NCBI GenBank assembly: GCA_965250005.1
Contig: OZ252279.1
Coordinates: 840,001-872,000 of the forward strand
Direction of reading: 5' to 3'
Source of the DNA: Demequinaceae bacterium
GTDB lineage: Bacteria; Actinomycetota; Actinomycetes; Actinomycetales; Demequinaceae
DNA length: 32,000 nucleotides
The notes under the pieces were generated by a model, which was not told where the DNA came from, did not search any database, and saw only the letters and a list, made by a program, of their open reading frames with translations. This document shows positions 27,599 to 32,000 of this stretch, one piece after another; within the stretch, counting starts at the first letter, position 1, and each line of letters begins with the position of its first letter. The translations under genes and the position numbers were made by a program.

Positions 27599-28560
27599 CG
27601 GCACAACTTGACCTGAAACGCGTCGCCGCCGCCGGCGAAGACCTGTACGACGAATCTCAACTTGCCCGCGGCATCGGCCCACTAGAGGCGAGGATTCGGA
27701 AGGGGCGAAGGACGCGCGCCGCCGGGCCCGCCGCGCTGGCACTCGCGGCGCTGGCCCTCGCGGCGGCACAATTGATGCAGGCCGCGCCGCCCACTGCCGA
27801 CGAGTTGCCGTTCACAGGCAGAATCCCGCCCGTGGAGTCCACGGTGGTCGCGATTCTCGCCGACCGACTGATCCCCTGGGATGGCGAATCCCCGGGACAG
27901 CGGCTTGCGATTTGCGAGCGGGCCGCAAACCCCAGAGCCAACGTTGACGTGCCGATCGGCTGGAACGGAGACGTCTCGCGCACCACCACATCGCTCGCTG
28001 AGAATGGGGCGCTCACATGCGAGCACATGGTCTTGCCCGGCGAGAATGTGATCGCGGCCACGGCGCGCGTCGACCTCAACTCGACAACGCAGCAGGCATC
28101 CGTGCAATTCACCATCACCAACCTGACGGCGTCCACGCTACAGATCAACGGCGTTTCCCCAACCGCGATCGTGTTCCTGCCGGGCGCACGGAGCGGCTCC
28201 ACACTAATGGGATTCGGCGGCGAACCAGCGAGCCGAGGCTGGAACGTGGTCGTTGTGAGCGACGACGTTGTCCCGTTCGACCCATACCTGCCCCACATCA
28301 TCGGCGACTCGAACCGCGCGTTGGACGCCGGCGAGACTTCTACGTTCACGTTTCTCGAGCGCGACCATAGTTCCACCCAGTTCCGCGAATCCCGACTGCG
28401 CCCCTTCATCCCCTGGCTGGCCGCCGCGCTGGCGACACCTGAGCTGATTGAGATATCTGTCTCGGTTCAACTTGCTCGTGGCTACGTGCCCGGAGTCGAG
28501 GAGGCGACGTTGTTCGAGCTGAACGTCGGCGAGGTATATGTGGATGGAGCGCCCGTCTAG
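27595..28560 (+). CDS. single-TM protein with an extracytoplasmic domain, partner of the module 5 sigma factor
   Basis: MTAQLDLKRVAAAGEDLYDESQLARGIGPLEARIRKGRRTRAAGPAALALAALALAAAQLM...; ATGA overlap with the sigma stop. Confidence 0.75.
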   Translation: MTAQLDLKRVAAAGEDLYDESQLARGIGPLEARIRKGRRTRAAGPAALALAALALAAAQLMQAAPPTADELPFTGRIPPVESTVVAILADRLIPWDGESPGQRLAICERAANPRANVDVPIGWNGDVSRTTTSLAENGALTCEHMVLPGENVIAATARVDLNSTTQQASVQFTITNLTASTLQINGVSPTAIVFLPGARSGSTLMGFGGEPASRGWNVVVVSDDVVPFDPYLPHIIGDSNRALDAGETSTFTFLERDHSSTQFRESRLRPFIPWLAAALATPELIEISVSVQLARGYVPGVEEATLFELNVGEVYVDGAPV

Positions 28561-28773
28561 GCGACCTCGGTCAGCACCTTCTGCGCGCGGCTGGGTGCCG
28601 CCGATGACCGTTGCGAGAGCGGACAGGCAGGCGGACTCGGACTCGGTGCCGTTTTCCGCAATGCTGTGGGCGGTGTTTCACAGGAAGCTGTGAAGGTTCG
28701 TGATGGTGTTCCTCTCGGTCGTCATGCCTTGAGGTTCGCAGCTAGGTATGTGACAACCCGTGTGACGGACTCT

Positions 28774-29349
28774 CTATTTGTGGACGATTCCGCCGGTGTT
28801 GAGCGCTTTGCGCTTGAGTTTCCAGTCCGGCAGGGCGCGGTCCATGACCGCGTAGAAGCGCGTGTTGTGGCCTCGCTCGATGAGGTGGGCGAGCTCGTGG
28901 ACCACCACGTACTCGAGCAGTTCGGGCTCGCGGCGCGCAAGTTCGAGGTTGAGGGTGATCCGCTTGGCCTGGACGTTGCAGGTGCCCCAGCGGGTGGTCA
29001 TACGGCACACGGTGAATGCCGGGACCTCGACACCGACTATCGTCGCCCAGTGCTCGATCAGCGGCGGGATAGCGCGCTTGAGTTCACGGCGCAGGCGGTT
29101 GGCTTCGGGACCAGGTTCGAGCGGAGCAGGCTGGAGGGCGATGCGCTGCCGGTGCTTCTCGATCCACGTGGCCTTGGACGCGACGAACGCACGCACGGCT
29201 CGCTCACTCACGTGCCAGGGCGCGGTTACTACGACTTCGCCGTCAGGTGCGCGCACCTTGAGGTTGATGTTCTTAACGGCCTTGCGCGTCAGCGTGACGT
29301 GGAAGGGGTCGAACGCCGTCGGAGCTAGCGTGTCTGGGCCGTTGGTCAT
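28774..29349 (-). CDS. YgjP-like (M48/DUF45) metal-dependent hydrolase
   Basis: CRMTTRWGTCNVQAKRITLNLELARREPELLEYVVVHELAHLIERGHNTRFYAVMDRALPDW: HELAH zinc motif plus downstream conserved His. Confidence 0.9.
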   Translation of the reverse strand: MTNGPDTLAPTAFDPFHVTLTRKAVKNINLKVRAPDGEVVVTAPWHVSERAVRAFVASKATWIEKHRQRIALQPAPLEPGPEANRLRRELKRAIPPLIEHWATIVGVEVPAFTVCRMTTRWGTCNVQAKRITLNLELARREPELLEYVVVHELAHLIERGHNTRFYAVMDRALPDWKLKRKALNTGGIVHK

Positions 29350-29427
29350 GATGCGTCAAGCGTAAGCTGCGGGGCGGACAAGGCCATGCCGCAACGGCAC
29401 TCACCGCGCCGACGCCCAGTCAAACCC

Positions 29428-30075
29428 CTAGACCTGTTCCACGCGTTCCGCGTTAGCGGCAAGTGCGCGTAATTCGTCCGCGGTGGTGCGGACTCCGTAC
29501 GAGTTGGTGTCGCGCTCGACTCGCCAGCTCGCCGTGAGCGGGCCCAGGTCCACGGTGTCATAGCCGAGAGCGTCGAGGAACGCGGCGGCAGACGCCTTGG
29601 CTGCGTCGTCGTTGCCTGCGATGGGCAGGGCGCGTCGGTTGGGGGTGCCCGAGGGTGTGCCGTCCGTCGGGATCTGCTTGGCGTAGATGCTGTTGAAAGC
29701 CTTCACCACCTGAGACTCGGGCAGGTGCTCCTGCAGCAGCTCGGAGGTGGTGGATTCGTTGTTGTCGAGTGCGGGGATCCGGTCGTCGCGGCCCGGGTAG
29801 TAGTTGTTCGCGTCGAGCACCACCTTGCCCCTGAGCGGCTCCACGGGAATTGAGGCGCGGTGTTTGAGCGGCACAGCCACGAGGACGAGGTCGCCAGCCT
29901 CGGCTGCCTCGTGCGGCGTCGCGGCGCGGGCGCCAGCGCCCAGGTCCTCCACGAGCTCCGCGAGCGTCTCTGGCCCCCGCGAATTGCTAATTACCACGTC
30001 GAACCCGTGAGTGAGCGCCGCGCGTGCGACATTGCTGCCAATGTTTCCTGCGCCGATGATTCCCAGTGTTTTCAT
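29428..30075 (-). CDS. NADPH-dependent F420 reductase-like (NAD(P)-binding) protein
   Basis: MKTLGIIGAGNIGSNVARAALTHGFDVVISNSRGPETL; LVAVPLKHRASIPVEPLRGKVVLDANNYYPGRD; start trimmed to ATG at 30075. Confidence 0.88.
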   Translation of the reverse strand: MKTLGIIGAGNIGSNVARAALTHGFDVVISNSRGPETLAELVEDLGAGARAATPHEAAEAGDLVLVAVPLKHRASIPVEPLRGKVVLDANNYYPGRDDRIPALDNNESTTSELLQEHLPESQVVKAFNSIYAKQIPTDGTPSGTPNRRALPIAGNDDAAKASAAAFLDALGYDTVDLGPLTASWRVERDTNSYGVRTTADELRALAANAERVEQV

Positions 30076-30121
30076 GCTGGGCTCAACCCCAGCGGGGGCC
30101 GGGTCATTCCGCGCCCTAGTT

Positions 30122-30319
30122 CTGCGAGGCGGACTGCGAGGCGGACTGCGAGGCGGACTGCGAGGCGGACTGCGAGGCGGACTGCGAGGCGGACTGCGAG
30201 GCGGACTGCGAGGCGGACTGCGAGGCGGACTGCGAGGCGGACTGCGAGGCGGACTGCGAGGCGGACTGCGAGGCGGACTGCGAGGCGGACTGCGAGGCGG
30301 ACTGCGAGGCGGACTGCGA
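30122..30319. repeat. perfect 12-bp tandem repeat, 16.5 copies (unit CTGCGAGGCGGA)
   Basis: 16 identical units (30122-30313) plus 6 bp, read directly; open in all six frames; minus strand reads (SASQ)n in ORF 30116-30334. Confidence 0.97.
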
Positions 30320-30725
30320 CATGCTTGCGAGCATTGCGTACCCAAAGTGGAAGTTTTACCCTCTCAACTCAACGCCGCCCGAGTAGGTTGGCAAAACCAG
30401 GTGTTCCGAGGCGCCGCAAGGTCCGACCGCCAGCGACCAGTTGACCCGGTGCATCCACCCAAACTTGTCCTCAACGGGCCCGAACTGAATGCCGATCAAT
30501 CGGGCATTCACACCACGCCCAACACGCGCCCTCACGTGAACGCTATGAACGCTTTGCCACAGCCCAATCTGCCACTCACGCGCCGGTTGCTCATCGGCCA
30601 CCAGCCGCCAATACCCGATGATCTCGTTTGACGTCCTTGTCACTTTCGCCAAGACAACAAGACAACAAGAGCACCAACGCATACGCTGAAGGGGCAACGC
30701 CTCCCCGAAGGCATGAGGAGTCACC

Positions 30726-32000
30726 ATGGTGGCAGAGCGCAAGCGGCACGGCGCAGTGCCATTCGCAACACGAGCCGCCGCGCCACTGGCCACCCTTGTG
30801 TTGTTGCTGGCGGCGGACCTCGCAATCCCCGAGAGTTTCTGGCCCACCGTTCTTTACGGCGTCGTCGTGCTAGGCACCAGCCTCACCCGTCGAGTCTCGA
30901 TCGTTGCTATCGCCGTCATATTCGCGCTTACGGCGACCACAGCGGTCGGAGTCGCTAGTGCCGCGTCTGCACCAGGATTCATATCCTCCTCTGAGTTTGC
31001 TGGCCGCGTCGCCGTCGGCATCACCATTCTTCTGATCTACCCGCTATCGATCCAGCTGACACGCGGACTGCTCGCGCCGCCCGGCTACCCCTCCAAGTTT
31101 GCGCGCGACTTCCTCGCCGCTTCCCCGGACTCGAACGGCAGCGATCCGTCGCTCGACGCACGGTCGAAGACGCGCTTCACCACCCCCGCTGGCGACTACA
31201 CGGCGGAACTTGAGCACAGGCTAGGACGATTGCTAGAGGTCCTGCCGATCATGGTGTGGACCGCCAAACCGACAGGCGAGATCGATTTCGTCAATGAGGC
31301 TGGCACCGACTACTTTGGCTTGCCTGCGGAAGAGATCCTGGGGGAAAAATGGTTGTCGCTATTGCACCCGGATGATCGCGAGCAAACTCTGGCCAAGTGG
31401 GCATCGTCGATCGAGACGGGCGCGGCTTACGCAGTGCACCATCGTTTGCGTTCGCGCGACGGCGTATATCGGTGGTTCGCTGCCCGCGCGCTCGCCGAGA
31501 AGGACACCTCCGGAACAGTGGTGCGCTGGTGGGGTACCACAATAGACGTGCACGAAGAACGCGAGCGCGCGGCTGACGTGAGGCGCGTCCTGGACGCCCG
31601 CGAGCGCATCCTCGAAAACATCGGCGACGGCGTCGCAGAACTCGATCACGACTGGCGTATTGCCTTCGTCTCAGAGCAGGGCGCCGCTCTGATGGGCGCC
31701 ACGGTCGAGCAGCAGCAGGGCCGGATCTTGTGGGAGCTCAGCCCCGAGATGAAGGGGACGATTCTCGAGACAGAGTACTTAAAGGCGGTAGAGACCAGAC
31801 AACGGACCAAGTTCTCCATCCACAATCCGCTTTATGGCAAGTGGCTCGAGGTGACCGCGACGCCGACCGAGCACGGCCTCACCGTCGCGTATCGAGACAC
31901 CACCGAGACTCGAGAACTCCAAGCCAGTTTGCAGCAGGCGCAGCGACTCGAATCTGTGGGACAACTCACCGGTGGCATTGCCCACGATTTCAACAATCTC
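30726..32000 (+). CDS. PAS-domain sensor histidine kinase, 5' part (truncated at right edge)
   Basis: Manual translation from ATG 30726: MVAERKRHGAVPFATRAAAPLATLVLLLAADLAIPESFWP...; two PAS-like regions (EVLPIMVWTAKPTGEIDFVNEAGTDYFGLPAEEILGEKW... and ILENIGDGVAELDHDWRIAFVSEQGAALMG...); H-box LESVGQLTGGIAHDFNNL at the edge. Absent from the ORF track because it has no stop in the window. Confidence 0.9.
   Translation, partial: MVAERKRHGAVPFATRAAAPLATLVLLLAADLAIPESFWPTVLYGVVVLGTSLTRRVSIVAIAVIFALTATTAVGVASAASAPGFISSSEFAGRVAVGITILLIYPLSIQLTRGLLAPPGYPSKFARDFLAASPDSNGSDPSLDARSKTRFTTPAGDYTAELEHRLGRLLEVLPIMVWTAKPTGEIDFVNEAGTDYFGLPAEEILGEKWLSLLHPDDREQTLAKWASSIETGAAYAVHHRLRSRDGVYRWFAARALAEKDTSGTVVRWWGTTIDVHEERERAADVRRVLDARERILENIGDGVAELDHDWRIAFVSEQGAALMGATVEQQQGRILWELSPEMKGTILETEYLKAVETRQRTKFSIHNPLYGKWLEVTATPTEHGLTVAYRDTTETRELQASLQQAQRLESVGQLTGGIAHDFNNL

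Noticed and set aside
28561-28773. Search for a gene between the module 5 partner and the YgjP-like gene
   Set aside because: Only antisense/low-quality ORFs and no convincing RNA structure seen.
30122-30319. Possible CRISPR array
   Set aside because: 12-bp period with no spacers; a simple tandem repeat. The same reasoning excludes 13221-13388 and 14581-14650.
30011-30631. 206-aa plus-strand ORF with (LRGG)n and the large alternative-frame ORFs through the array
   Set aside because: The 12-bp unit has no stop in any frame, so long ORFs arise automatically.
30356-30643. Possible ~95-aa minus-strand CDS (...SNEIIGYWRLVADEQPAREWQIGLWQSVHS...GGVELRG)
   Set aside because: Plausible composition but no recognisable family and uncertain GTG start; too weak to list as a feature.

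Overview
High-GC actinobacterial chromosome segment. The backbone carries, on the minus strand, leuC-leuD-murA-plsC-gpsA-ddl, a DUF3515-like gene on the plus strand, and the start of thiL. An IclR-type regulator is divergent from leuCD. Further right are gltX, a FAH-family hydrolase, a DUF418/acyltransferase-like membrane protein, ybaK-like and yggS-like genes, a VIT/CCC1-like transporter, cimA, a YgjP-like metallopeptidase, an F420-dependent-NADP-reductase-like protein and a 3'-truncated PAS histidine kinase. From ~8.8 to 15.9 kb, interleaved with tRNA-Glu(CTC) and tRNA-Gln(CTG), are four sigma-70/ECF-like genes, each followed by a single-TM protein gene. A fifth such pair, with an apparently frameshifted sigma gene, lies at 27.0-28.6 kb. 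In three of the pairs the genes overlap by ATGA and the partner has an unusual extracytoplasmic domain of Tyr/Trp/Phe-Gly tetrapeptide repeats, in two cases next to a perfect 12-bp tandem array (NDEP x14, NAQG x~6). A third 12-bp array (x16.5) precedes the F420-reductase-like gene. Two other leads are a candidate isoleucine-responsive attenuator upstream of cimA (leader peptide MNVMHTATIIQ, tandem hairpins, U-tract, possible antiterminator), and a compositionally distinct gene with a DGGH motif flanked by a HAD remnant and a strong inverted repeat. No CRISPR array, transposase or rRNA was seen. All calls come from reading the sequence; no searches were run.
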